NCBI GenBank assembly: GCA_025808555.1
Contig: CP075526.1
Location: forward strand, 1,528,712 to 1,592,711
Reading direction: 5' to 3'
Source of the DNA: Anaerolineales bacterium
GTDB lineage: Bacteria > Chloroflexota > Anaerolineae > Anaerolineales > UBA11579
Length of the DNA: 64,000 bases
Shown one piece after another: positions 50,222-59,179 of this stretch; the stretch's first letter is position 1; each line of letters starts with the position of its first letter. Under the pieces are notes generated by a model. That model saw nothing but the letters and a program-made list of their open reading frames with translations. It was not told the origin of the DNA and searched no databases. The translations under genes and the position numbers were made by a program.

Positions 50222-51313
50222 ATGCCGGATGTTGAAGACATCGAAAAGACTGTTCCCAGTTCTCCCAAGCGCCCTCCAAAGCAAAAACAGACGCCCCAGG
50301 CAACCGATCCTGAGCCGCCCGCGCCGACGGAGAACGCTGAGACGCAGCAAGTATCTGTAGCCGCTGAAACCGCGCCGCCCAAGCCGCCGCGCCGCGGCCG
50401 CCGCTGGTTGTTTGGCCTCATTGTGGGCTTCATTGCCATCGTGGGCCTTGCCGCGCTGGGTGGCGCCCAGGCCGGCATCAACTCCCGCACTAACGCAGAG
50501 AGCATGACCCGCGCCATCGAGGCCGAAACGCAGTTCCAGCTTGCCCAAAGTGACCTGCAGGCTGGCCGCTGCGACTTGGCCCGCCAGCGCTTTGAATATG
50601 TGACCGAACTCAACCCCAGCCACCCGGGCCTGGTGGCTGCGCTCTCACAGGCCGTCTTGTGCACCACCGGCACCGCCACGCCGCAGCCCGGTGAGGAGGC
50701 TGGCCCCACGCCCACGCCTGATATGCGCGGGCAAGACCAGGCCTATAACGATGCCCGGGCGCAGCTGGCTGCCCGCAGCTGGGATGACTTGCTGCTCACC
50801 CTGGATACTTTGCGTACAAACTTCCCTGACTTCCATCCCATTGAAGTGGACGGCATGTATTTCACCGCCCTGCGCAATCGCGGCGTCATGCGCATCCTGC
50901 CACCCATGGGTGACCTGGAGGGCGGCATCTACGATCTGAACCGCGCCGCCCAAATTGGCCCGCTGGACACCGAAGCCATCATGTACCGCCAATGGGCGGT
51001 CAACTACATCATCGGCCAGAGCTTCTGGGAAGTGGATTGGGAGCAGGCGGTGAACTACTTCCAACCGCTGGTTGCGGCCGCCCCCAATCTGCATGACATC
51101 AACTTCTTCACCGTGCAGGAGCGTCTGGCAACTGCATCTGCCTTCTACTCATTGGATCTTGTTGATCGGGCCGAGCGCCTGACGCGTGATGATCAGTGGT
51201 GCTCGGCTGATGAGCTGATGCGCCAGGCCGCTGCCCTCGCGCCGCTCTCGCCGGAGCATCAAGCCATGGCCGATAGCTATGCCGCCACTTGTCTCGAGCG
51301 TGGTAACGGCTAG
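50222..51313 (+). CDS. Single-pass membrane protein with Pro/Lys-rich cytoplasmic tail and helical-repeat outer domain
   Basis: TM WLFGLIVGFIAIVGLAALGG; no recognised catalytic motif. Confidence 0.5.
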   Translation: MPDVEDIEKTVPSSPKRPPKQKQTPQATDPEPPAPTENAETQQVSVAAETAPPKPPRRGRRWLFGLIVGFIAIVGLAALGGAQAGINSRTNAESMTRAIEAETQFQLAQSDLQAGRCDLARQRFEYVTELNPSHPGLVAALSQAVLCTTGTATPQPGEEAGPTPTPDMRGQDQAYNDARAQLAARSWDDLLLTLDTLRTNFPDFHPIEVDGMYFTALRNRGVMRILPPMGDLEGGIYDLNRAAQIGPLDTEAIMYRQWAVNYIIGQSFWEVDWEQAVNYFQPLVAAAPNLHDINFFTVQERLATASAFYSLDLVDRAERLTRDDQWCSADELMRQAAALAPLSPEHQAMADSYAATCLERGNG

Positions 51314-51316
51314 CGC

Positions 51317-51823
51317 ATGATCCCGCAGTGGGCGCTGCTTATCTCGTTCTGGTTGCACATGCTGGCCACGGTGGCCTGGCTGGGCGGCCTGGCGGCGATG
51401 GCGCTGTTCGTGTTCCCCAGCATGCGCCGCACCCTCACCGTAAAAGAATTTGCCACGTGGGCTAATGCCCTCAATCGCCGCCTGGACCCTGCCGGTTGGT
51501 TCAGCTTGGGTATCCTCACGTTCACAGGTTTGTTGCAGATGGATGGCAATGCCAACTACGAAGGCTTGCTCAGCATTTCCAATGCCTGGTCCGTAGCCAT
51601 CTGCCTTAAGCACATCGTCTTTCTGGGCATGATCGGCGTTTCAGGCGTGCTCACCTGGAGCGTTGCCCCGGCTCTCAGCCGCGCCGCGCTGCAGCAGGCG
51701 CGCGGCAAGGCCAGCGGAGCCGCGGTGGAGCACACCTTGCGCCGCTTCCAGTCACTGATCGTCTTGAACCTGTTGCTGGGTTTGCTCGTGCTGGCGTTCA
51801 CTGCCATGGCACGGGTGGCCTAG
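51317..51823 (+). CDS. Four-TM integral membrane protein (CopD-like?)
   Basis: FWLHMLATVAWLGG pattern resembles the CopD family; weak. Confidence 0.4.
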   Translation: MIPQWALLISFWLHMLATVAWLGGLAAMALFVFPSMRRTLTVKEFATWANALNRRLDPAGWFSLGILTFTGLLQMDGNANYEGLLSISNAWSVAICLKHIVFLGMIGVSGVLTWSVAPALSRAALQQARGKASGAAVEHTLRRFQSLIVLNLLLGLLVLAFTAMARVA

Positions 51824-51832
51824 CGCTTTCGG

Positions 51833-54800
51833 TTAATGCGCCATGACCGGCAGGTGCAGCCCCTCTACTTTGCTGGCGCGCAACAGCGGCTCTGCAGAAT
51901 CCCGAGCCATTTCCACTCGCCCTTCGATCAAGATCGGCTGCCCCTCCTGAATGCTCCTGCGGCCGCGTGCACACACATCCCCCGGGATCACCACCCGCAG
52001 CGTGCCCTCCAAGTCGGCCAGGTCCATAAAATATACATAGCCGCCTGCTGAGCTGCCCACCCGACGCCAGCTTTGGCGCATGCCCGCCACGCGCAGCTCT
52101 TGCCCAAAGTGCGAAGCGGCTTCCAGCGTGCTCAGCACGCCCGCGCCCTGCATGGCTGCCGCGTGCAGGTCCAACGGATGGGCTATCAGGCTCACACCCA
52201 GCAGGCGCTCCTGCGCCGCGGCCTTCATCTCTGGCGTCCAATCCGGCAGGTCTTCGTGCTGGGCGTTGAACAGCCGCATCTGTCCGCGCACCCAGCCGCC
52301 GCTCTCCAGCCCTTCCAGCAGGGCCGGGATGCTGCCCAGCCCTTCCAGCGCTCCGGCTTCGATCAGGTTGCGGGCTTCATTCCGCCGCGGGAAGCCGCGC
52401 ACAAGGAAGTCTGACAGCGACGCAAACGGGCGCTGCTCCAGAATACGCTGCTGCGTAGCACGCCCCAGGTCGCGCAGCTGTTCCAGCCCCATATATAAGT
52501 GCGGCGCGCCATCGTGATACGTCACGCTGAATTGCGGCTGCGAATAGTTGATGTGCGGCGCGTGCAGGGGCAGGCCCAAACGGCGCGCCTCCAGCAGATA
52601 GGTATTCTGGTCGTAGTAGCCGCCCCAGTTGGCCAGCACCGCTGCCATGAACTCGGCCGGATAGTGGGTTTTGCACCACGCCGAACGCCAGGCGGTGAGC
52701 GCATACGACGCGGCATGCGCCTTGGGGAAGCCATACCCGGCAAACGCCGCCATCATGTCCCAAATGCGCTCAGCCACCGCCGCTGGCACCTGGTGGCGTT
52801 GATAGGCACCGCTAATGAACTTCTCTTTCAGTGTTTGCATCTGCTTGCCGGGGTCAAAGTGGCTCATCGCCCGCCGCAACAGGTCAGCCTCGGCCAGGCT
52901 GAAGCCGCCCAGCTCATGCGCTACCCGCAGCACCTGCTCCTGATACAGGAACACGCCATGCGTCTCACCCAACAACGGTTCCAGCGCCGGGTGCACATGC
53001 CGCACTGGCTCCTGCCCCAGGTGGCGGCGCACAAACGCATCTTTCAAGCCGCCGGTCAGCGGCCCGGGGCGGAACAACGCCAGCGCCACCATAATGTTGT
53101 CCACCGAATCTGACTGCACTTCGCGCAACGTGGCGCGCATGCCCGGGCTCTCGATTTGGAAGCAGCCGATCGTACGCCCGTTGCGCACCGCTTGCGCCGT
53201 GGCCGGGTCGCCGTCGGGTATCGCTTCCAGCACCTCCAGGCGGCTGCGGCCCATCTCCGGATGCATATCGCAGATGCGATCTGCCACATCACCCAGTACC
53301 GTCAGGCCGCGCGTGGCCAGCAGGTCCATCTTCACCAGGCCCATCTTTTGCACGCCGGTCAGGTCGTATTGGGTAATGGTCATGCCCTTGGCCGAGTACT
53401 GCAGCGGCACCAGCTCGGTCAGCGGGCCGGAGCTGACCACGATGCCGCCGGGGTGGATGGAGAGATGGTGCGGCGTATCCAGAATGGCACGTGCCTGCTG
53501 CAGAACAATGCGGGCTTGCGGGTCGCTGAACTCGCCTTCCAACTTCGCATACGGCTGCTCGTCTCGATCATCTTGTCCTGGCCCCCACCAACGGTAGGGT
53601 AGGCGCGCCGCCATGCGCTTGATCTCGTCGGCGCTCAGTCCGTGCGCTTTGGCTACTTCGCGCAAGGCCGAACGTAAACGGAAACGGTTGATGGTCGCCA
53701 CCATCGCCACGCGGTCATGGCCGTATTGTTCATACACATGTTTGATGACCACATCCCGTCGTGCCGAGCAGATGTCCGTGTCAATGTCCGGTGGGGTGGG
53801 GCGGGCTGGGTTCAGAAAACGCTCGAAATAGAGATTCAGCCGCAGCGGATCTGGTGTTGTGATGCCTAGGCAGTGCGCAATTAGCGAAGAGGCGGCCGAG
53901 CCGCGCGAGGATAGCGGCACACCCTTGCTGCGCGCAAAACCCACGATCTCAGCCATGATGAGGAACAAGCTGGTGTAACCGCTAGCTTCGATGCCAGCCA
54001 GCTCGTGCTCCATACGCTGCGTGAACTGCTCGGTCAGTGCGGGATACAGGCGTTCTGCGCCTTGCAGCGTCTGCTGGCGCAGCGCTTGCAGTGGGGTCTG
54101 GCCATCAGGTAGGTCGAGGTGCGGATAGTTGGGCTGGTTCAGCGGCAATGTGAAAGTGCAGCGCGCCGCCACCTCATCGGTGGCTGCCAGTGCGCCGGGG
54201 TGGGCGCGGTAGGCTGCCTGCAGTTCCTCTGTGCTGGCGAACCATGCTTGGTGCGGCGCAAGCTCTGCGGGCGGCACACGCACCACCGTGCTGTTCAAGC
54301 GCATGGCGCTTACCGTGCGTTGCAGCTCCGCCTGGTCAGGCTGCAGGTAGTACACCGACCACGCCGCCACGCCGCGCACGCCCAGCTTGTGCGCCGTCTT
54401 CAGAGCGGGCTCGGCGTGCGCGTCCGGCGGCACTTGGATGTACAGCCGGTCAGCAAAGGCCGCTTTGATCTCGGCCAGTTCAGCGGCGGGCGGGGCAAAG
54501 GTGCGCGGTTGGGCTTCGCCGCTAGACGTCTCGTAGGCGGCCAGGCACAGCAGGCCGTTAGCATGCGCCAGCAGCCGCGCCAGCGGCAGCTTGCGGCTCT
54601 CGTTGTTCTCCTCACTCAACAGCCAGCTGCTCAGCTTGCACAGGTTGGCCCAGCCAGCCGCATCCTGCGCCAGCAGGGCCAGCGGCCGCCCGCTTTCCAA
54701 CTGTACGTCCAGACCTAGAATGGCTTTCACTCCGTGCTGGCCGCAGGCCTCGGCAAACTCGACTGCACCGGTCAGGCGGTTGCGGTCAGTCAGAGCGATG

Positions 54801-54901
54801 GCGCTTTGCCCGGCCGCGGCGGCCGCCTCGGCCAGTTGGCTGGGCGAATTCAGCCCAGCCAGCAGGGAGAAAAACGAGTGAGTATTGAGGTGCGCCGACA
54901 T
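51833..54901 (-). CDS. dnaE: DNA polymerase III alpha-type subunit, short form (~1022 aa; DnaE2-like length)
   Basis: PHP domain N-terminus (HTHSFFSLL), RGSAASSLIAHCLGIT, FERFLNPARPTPPDIDTD, C-terminal OB fold; start moved to MSAHLNTH. Confidence 0.88.
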   Translation of the reverse strand: MSAHLNTHSFFSLLAGLNSPSQLAEAAAAAGQSAIALTDRNRLTGAVEFAEACGQHGVKAILGLDVQLESGRPLALLAQDAAGWANLCKLSSWLLSEENNESRKLPLARLLAHANGLLCLAAYETSSGEAQPRTFAPPAAELAEIKAAFADRLYIQVPPDAHAEPALKTAHKLGVRGVAAWSVYYLQPDQAELQRTVSAMRLNSTVVRVPPAELAPHQAWFASTEELQAAYRAHPGALAATDEVAARCTFTLPLNQPNYPHLDLPDGQTPLQALRQQTLQGAERLYPALTEQFTQRMEHELAGIEASGYTSLFLIMAEIVGFARSKGVPLSSRGSAASSLIAHCLGITTPDPLRLNLYFERFLNPARPTPPDIDTDICSARRDVVIKHVYEQYGHDRVAMVATINRFRLRSALREVAKAHGLSADEIKRMAARLPYRWWGPGQDDRDEQPYAKLEGEFSDPQARIVLQQARAILDTPHHLSIHPGGIVVSSGPLTELVPLQYSAKGMTITQYDLTGVQKMGLVKMDLLATRGLTVLGDVADRICDMHPEMGRSRLEVLEAIPDGDPATAQAVRNGRTIGCFQIESPGMRATLREVQSDSVDNIMVALALFRPGPLTGGLKDAFVRRHLGQEPVRHVHPALEPLLGETHGVFLYQEQVLRVAHELGGFSLAEADLLRRAMSHFDPGKQMQTLKEKFISGAYQRHQVPAAVAERIWDMMAAFAGYGFPKAHAASYALTAWRSAWCKTHYPAEFMAAVLANWGGYYDQNTYLLEARRLGLPLHAPHINYSQPQFSVTYHDGAPHLYMGLEQLRDLGRATQQRILEQRPFASLSDFLVRGFPRRNEARNLIEAGALEGLGSIPALLEGLESGGWVRGQMRLFNAQHEDLPDWTPEMKAAAQERLLGVSLIAHPLDLHAAAMQGAGVLSTLEAASHFGQELRVAGMRQSWRRVGSSAGGYVYFMDLADLEGTLRVVIPGDVCARGRRSIQEGQPILIEGRVEMARDSAEPLLRASKVEGLHLPVMAH

Positions 54902-54902
54902 A

Positions 54903-54916
54903 AGAACGTGTGTTCT
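54903..54916. promoter_or_regulatory. Perfect palindrome AGAAC-GTGT-GTTCT (LexA/Cheo-type SOS box) between the dnaE -10 and ATG
   Basis: GAAC-N4-GTTC with extended A/T flanks, abutting TACAAT (54917-54922, minus) and 1 nt from ATG 54901. Confidence 0.6.
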
Positions 54917-54952
54917 ATTGTAATATGAATCCAGTACAAATTGACGTTTAGG

Positions 54953-54968
54953 ACACTTGCACACTTGC
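54953..54968 (+). repeat. Tandem direct repeat ACACTTGC x2 upstream of the FIST gene promoter
   Basis: Two exact adjacent 8-mers just upstream of TACAAT 54971-54976. Confidence 0.5.
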
Positions 54969-55017
54969 TATACAATGACCTGACATTAAGGCAAGTTATT
55001 CATTATTAGGACTTATC

Positions 55018-56160
55018 ATGAAGCTGGAAACTTTTACCTACACCAAAGATAAAGGATGGTCTGTCAAAGACCTGCCCGCGCTGGATTCTGCCAATACGCT
55101 CCTGCTTGTATTTGGCGCCTCCAATTTCCTGGATGCCACCACACCCATCGAAGATCTCATCCGCCAATATCCCCAGGCCAAAGTCATGGGCTGCTCTACC
55201 GCCGGCGAGATCATTGGCACCGAGGTGCAGGATGATTCGCTCTCTGTAGCCGTTATGCAGTTTCAGCGCACGCGGGTGGCCTCGGCTGGCACGCATGTGA
55301 GTTCCGCAAAGGACTCGTACCAGGCGGGCGAATTGATCGCCAGCCAACTTAAAGCGCCTGACCTGGTGGCCGTGTTCGTCCTCTCCAACGGCACCACCAT
55401 CAACGGTAGCGAGCTGGTGCGCGCCCTCAATGACCAGTTTGGCGGCCAGGTGGTCGTCACCGGCGGCCTGGCTGGCGATGGGGATCGATTTGAGCGCACC
55501 TGGGTCATCAACGACGGCGAGGTCACGCAAGATTCTGTGGCCGCTGTAGGCTTGTATGGCGAGCACATCGAAGTGCGCCATGGCTCCAAAGGCGGTTGGG
55601 ATGTGTTCGGCCCGCAGCGCCTGGTTACGCGTTCGGAAGGCAATGTGCTCTACGAGCTGGATGGCCGCCCAGCCCTCGACCTGTACAAGGAATATTTGGG
55701 AGACCTGGTCTCCGGTCTGCCCTCCAGCGCGCTGCTGTTCCCGCTCGCACTTAGTGAAGATCGCGAGGCCCAGAAGACCATCGTGCGCACCATCCTCGGC
55801 GTTGATGAAAATGCCCATTCGCTGACTTTCGCTGGCGATATTCCTATCGGATACTATGCCCAACTCATGAAAGCCAACTTTGACCGCCTGATCGATGGCG
55901 CCAGTGAAGCCGCCTTGATGGCCGGCGCCAGCACCACGCCAGATGGGCCGATTCTCTCCGTCGCCATCAGTTGTGTTGGCCGCCGCCTTGTGCTCAACGA
56001 ACGTACCGAAGAGGAGCTCGAGGCCACGCTGGAAGCGCTGCCCCCCGGCGTGAGCCAGGTGGGCTTTTATTCCTACGGCGAAATTTCGCCATACGCCAGC
56101 GGCACCTGCGATCTGCACAACCAGACCATGACGCTCACAATCCTGAGGGAAGTGCTCTAG
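55018..56160 (+). CDS. FIST (N and C) domain sensory protein
   Basis: 380 aa, pattern LLLVF..., GCSTAGEI, GFYSYGEI typical of FIST_N/FIST_C. Confidence 0.75.
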   Translation: MKLETFTYTKDKGWSVKDLPALDSANTLLLVFGASNFLDATTPIEDLIRQYPQAKVMGCSTAGEIIGTEVQDDSLSVAVMQFQRTRVASAGTHVSSAKDSYQAGELIASQLKAPDLVAVFVLSNGTTINGSELVRALNDQFGGQVVVTGGLAGDGDRFERTWVINDGEVTQDSVAAVGLYGEHIEVRHGSKGGWDVFGPQRLVTRSEGNVLYELDGRPALDLYKEYLGDLVSGLPSSALLFPLALSEDREAQKTIVRTILGVDENAHSLTFAGDIPIGYYAQLMKANFDRLIDGASEAALMAGASTTPDGPILSVAISCVGRRLVLNERTEEELEATLEALPPGVSQVGFYSYGEISPYASGTCDLHNQTMTLTILREVL

Positions 56161-56167
56161 GGTAGTT

Positions 56168-58072
56168 ATGCATAAACTTTTGTGGCGTCAGCTCAGGCGC
56201 CTGAAGCTGGTGCCTGATGCGCCTCCCAGTCACAAGGAATGGGAGGATTTTCTTTCCACCGTTGAACAGGCGTATCGTCAGGCCGATCAGGATCGCTACC
56301 TGCTCGAACGCTCACTCGCCATTTCCTCCAAAGAAACCCAATTGCTATACGATGAAGAGCAACGCCACATCAAAGAAGCCCTGCGCGTCAGTGAAGGCAA
56401 GTTTAGAAGCCTGTTTGAGAACGCCATTGATTCCATTTTTATCATCGATGTCGCTTCCCGCCGGATTCTGGATGTGAACCAGGTGGCTGCCGACCGTCTT
56501 GGGTACACGCGCGAAGAGCTGTTGAGCATGGAGATTGATCAAATTTATCCGCGCGAAGAACTTGAACGCACGGACAACATTGTTCAAAGATTGCTTGAGA
56601 CCGGTTATCTTACTTTTGAACGCACTCATGTGCGCAAAAACGGCAGCACCATGTTAGTTGAGGTTAGCTCCACTATCATGGAGCAGGACGGCCGCCAGGT
56701 CTACCAGAGCATTGCGCGTGACATCACCCAGCGCAAGATCACCGAGCTTGAATTACAACGCCTGGCAAATTACGATTCGCTCACTGGGGTGGCCAACCGT
56801 GCATTGTTTCTTGATCGCGTCTCACATGCCATTGATATTGCCAAGCGCAACCAATCCACCCTTGTCGTCCTGTTTTTAGATCTTGATGGCTTCAAGGCGG
56901 TCAATGACGCCTTTGGTCACGAGCAGGGCGATACGGTCCTGCAGTTGATCGCCAAACGTATTCAGTCAGCCCTGCGCAAAAGCGACACCGTCGCCCGCCT
57001 GGGCGGCGATGAGTTCGGCATCCTGTTGGAAGGCATCCGTGACCCTGATGAGGCTGTCGGCATCGTCCAAAAGCTTATTGATGCGGTTTCGCAGCCCTTC
57101 AACTTCCAAAATGCAGAGGCTTTCATCACCACCAGCGTAGGCATCAGCGTGTACCCCGTACATGGCAGTGACCCTGAGACGCTGATCCAGAATGCCGACT
57201 GGGCTATGTACGCCTCCAAGGCTGAGGGTAAGAACAACTTCCGCTTCTTTGTAACCGACATGAGGTCCAAGGCCCTCGAGCGGCTGGAGTTGGGCAACCA
57301 GCTGCGCTATGCTCTTGAGCGTAACGAGATCTCGGCTTTTTATCAGCCCCAGGTGGAGTGCGCAACCGGCAGGATCGTTGGTGTGGAAGCTCTGGCTCGC
57401 TGGCATCACCCCCAGCTGGGCTTATTGCTGCCTGAGCGCTTTGTAGGCCTGGCCGAGGAGATGGGCCTGATTGTTGACTTGTCTGACTGGATGCTCAAAA
57501 CGGCCTGTGCCGAAGTCAAGCGTTGGCTTGACTCCGGTCTGGCGCCAATACGCCTATCCGTCAACTTATCCGATCGTGATCTGAAACAAAGCGACTTGGT
57601 TCAGCGGGTCAAAGTTGCCTTGCAGCACAGCCAACTGCCCGCCCATCTGCTGGAGCTTGAACTTTCCGAGAACATCATCTTTCAAGACTTCCGCCAGGCG
57701 CGCCAGATCCTGATGAATCTAAAGCAGCTTGGTGTGCGCCTGGCGATCGATGACTTCGGCACCGGCTACTCCACCCTCAGCCAACTCGCCGAGTTTCCGT
57801 TTGACACCCTCAAGATCGATCGGCACTTTGCTGCCCAGATCGTGAACTCCGCGGGGCATGCTGCCATCGTCAGCGGCATCGTCACGATCGCGCAGAAATT
57901 GGGCATGGAAGTCTTCGCCGAAGGCGTGGAGCATGAGTCCCAGCTGAAGCGGTATCAGCAAGCCGGCTGCGAGCAAATTCAGGGTGACTACTTCAGCAAG
58001 CCGATACCCCCGCACGAGTTGCTCGCGCTCGCCCGCTCGGGTTTTGTAAAGCGCCAAGTCGCAACCCAGTAA
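56168..58072 (+). CDS. PAS-GGDEF-EAL c-di-GMP signalling protein
   Basis: PAS segment, RLGGDEFG, VEALARW, DDFGTGYS, QGDYFSKP all intact. Confidence 0.9.
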   Translation: MHKLLWRQLRRLKLVPDAPPSHKEWEDFLSTVEQAYRQADQDRYLLERSLAISSKETQLLYDEEQRHIKEALRVSEGKFRSLFENAIDSIFIIDVASRRILDVNQVAADRLGYTREELLSMEIDQIYPREELERTDNIVQRLLETGYLTFERTHVRKNGSTMLVEVSSTIMEQDGRQVYQSIARDITQRKITELELQRLANYDSLTGVANRALFLDRVSHAIDIAKRNQSTLVVLFLDLDGFKAVNDAFGHEQGDTVLQLIAKRIQSALRKSDTVARLGGDEFGILLEGIRDPDEAVGIVQKLIDAVSQPFNFQNAEAFITTSVGISVYPVHGSDPETLIQNADWAMYASKAEGKNNFRFFVTDMRSKALERLELGNQLRYALERNEISAFYQPQVECATGRIVGVEALARWHHPQLGLLLPERFVGLAEEMGLIVDLSDWMLKTACAEVKRWLDSGLAPIRLSVNLSDRDLKQSDLVQRVKVALQHSQLPAHLLELELSENIIFQDFRQARQILMNLKQLGVRLAIDDFGTGYSTLSQLAEFPFDTLKIDRHFAAQIVNSAGHAAIVSGIVTIAQKLGMEVFAEGVEHESQLKRYQQAGCEQIQGDYFSKPIPPHELLALARSGFVKRQVATQ

Positions 58073-58077
58073 TCCTT

Positions 58078-58086
58078 TGATATAAT
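58078..58086 (+). promoter_or_regulatory. Extended -10 promoter TGATATAAT for tRNA-Lys
   Basis: TGn-TATAAT 13 nt upstream of the mature tRNA 5' end. Confidence 0.5.
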
Positions 58087-58098
58087 TCGCTTTCTTAC

Positions 58099-58170
<72 letters not shown>

Positions 58171-58175
58171 CTTAG

Positions 58176-58186
58176 TTTCCCCCGTA
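58176..58186 (+). repeat. Copy C of motif TTTCCCCCGTA
   Basis: Identical over 13 nt (TTTCCCCCGTAAA) to minus-strand copy A at 6648-6660. Confidence 0.6.
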
Positions 58187-58208
58187 AAACCTCCACTTTT
58201 GGAGGTTT
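58187..58208 (+). terminator. tRNA-Lys terminator hairpin
   Basis: AAACCTCCA-CTTT-TGGAGGTTT. Confidence 0.7.
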
Positions 58209-58229
58209 CGTCTTTAAATTGTGCTTGTT

Positions 58230-58250
58230 GGTTGCAATTCGGTTGCAATT
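58230..58250 (+). repeat. Tandem direct repeat GGTTGCAATT x2 (11-bp period)
   Basis: GGTTGCAATTcGGTTGCAATT in the low-GC spacer after tRNA-Lys. Confidence 0.6.
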
Positions 58251-58503
58251 GTAAGGAGCACCATCTGCTCAAACTGCTCTACTGCAGCCGTTTCAAGCTC
58301 GCATCAGGTGGCCGTGACTGTGCAGCGTTACGCATCTCCTGTAAGTGGATGCTAGGCAGAGTATCTTTACGTCAAGTAAATCATTAGTTTTTTACTTAGA
58401 TAGCATTTATCAAAATAGACTGTGTGTCATAATACTTAAAACACCCCGATGCCAGTGAAATCTCCCTTTTTTTTTGGAGATCAACAGAGTGGGTAGGGCA
58501 ACC

Positions 58504-58839
58504 ATGAGGAAGAAGGTCGTTGTCAGCTTGATTGTTCTGCTCTTTTCTATTGGATGTGGAAACACAAGACCCATAGTTGTGGCAGAGAATCTCCAGCGCG
58601 CTGACAGAATAATTTTGGCCCTTTATTACTTTAAAGAGGAAAGAAGTTCCTTTCCTGAAAGCTTAGAGGAGTTAGTTCCCAATTTTCTGCCGGAGATGCC
58701 GACCATGGCGAATGGTGATGGCTTTTTTTACACAACCAAGCTTGTCAATGGATTCCATCTCAGCTTTAGGGTGAGGCCTGGTTATGGTTGCGGGTATACC
58801 TCGCGGTTTGAACGTTGGGAGTGTGGTCGTGGAGATTAA
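58504..58839 (+). CDS. Small lipoprotein, paralog 1 (GspG-like YxxxxxFPxSLxxLVP motif, C-terminal GCGY..W.CG.GD)
   Basis: Lipobox FSIGC; low GC; start moved to MRKKVVV. Confidence 0.6.
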   Translation: MRKKVVVSLIVLLFSIGCGNTRPIVVAENLQRADRIILALYYFKEERSSFPESLEELVPNFLPEMPTMANGDGFFYTTKLVNGFHLSFRVRPGYGCGYTSRFERWECGRGD

Positions 58840-59179
58840 ATCTGCGCGGGCATATCCCTTGCTAATCGTCACATGTCTTTCTTTGGTGATTGCATCCTGT
58901 GTAAATGCTAACGAAGCTCGAGAAACTAACATTGAAACAGGGTCAACTATTATCGACGCAATATACCACTATGAAAGAGAAAACTACTCGTTCCCTGCTG
59001 AATTGAAGGCCCTTGTCCCCATATATCTGAATGATTTACCTGAAACAGCAGAAGGCGTTGGATTCTTTTATGCAACCAATCCCGTCGACGGCTTTATATT
59101 GTCGTTTATGCTTTCTCCTAGACATGGATGTGGGTACTCTGACAATACTAAACAATGGGGTTGTGGTTGGGGAGATTAA
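58823..59179 (+). CDS. Small lipoprotein, paralog 2
   Basis: Lipobox VIASC; 37 of 80 C-terminal positions identical to paralog 1 in my ungapped hand alignment; start uncertain (58784-58829, GTG candidates). Confidence 0.55.
   Translation: MVVEIKSARAYPLLIVTCLSLVIASCVNANEARETNIETGSTIIDAIYHYERENYSFPAELKALVPIYLNDLPETAEGVGFFYATNPVDGFILSFMLSPRHGCGYSDNTKQWGCGWGD

Noticed and set aside
58199-58387. 62-codon + ORF and short minus-strand frames right after tRNA-Lys, examined as a possible integrase remnant
   Set aside because: The translation is Cys-rich and implausible, and no tyrosine-recombinase motifs appear in any frame. No direct repeat of the tRNA 3' end was found downstream, so the islet is not called a mobile element.
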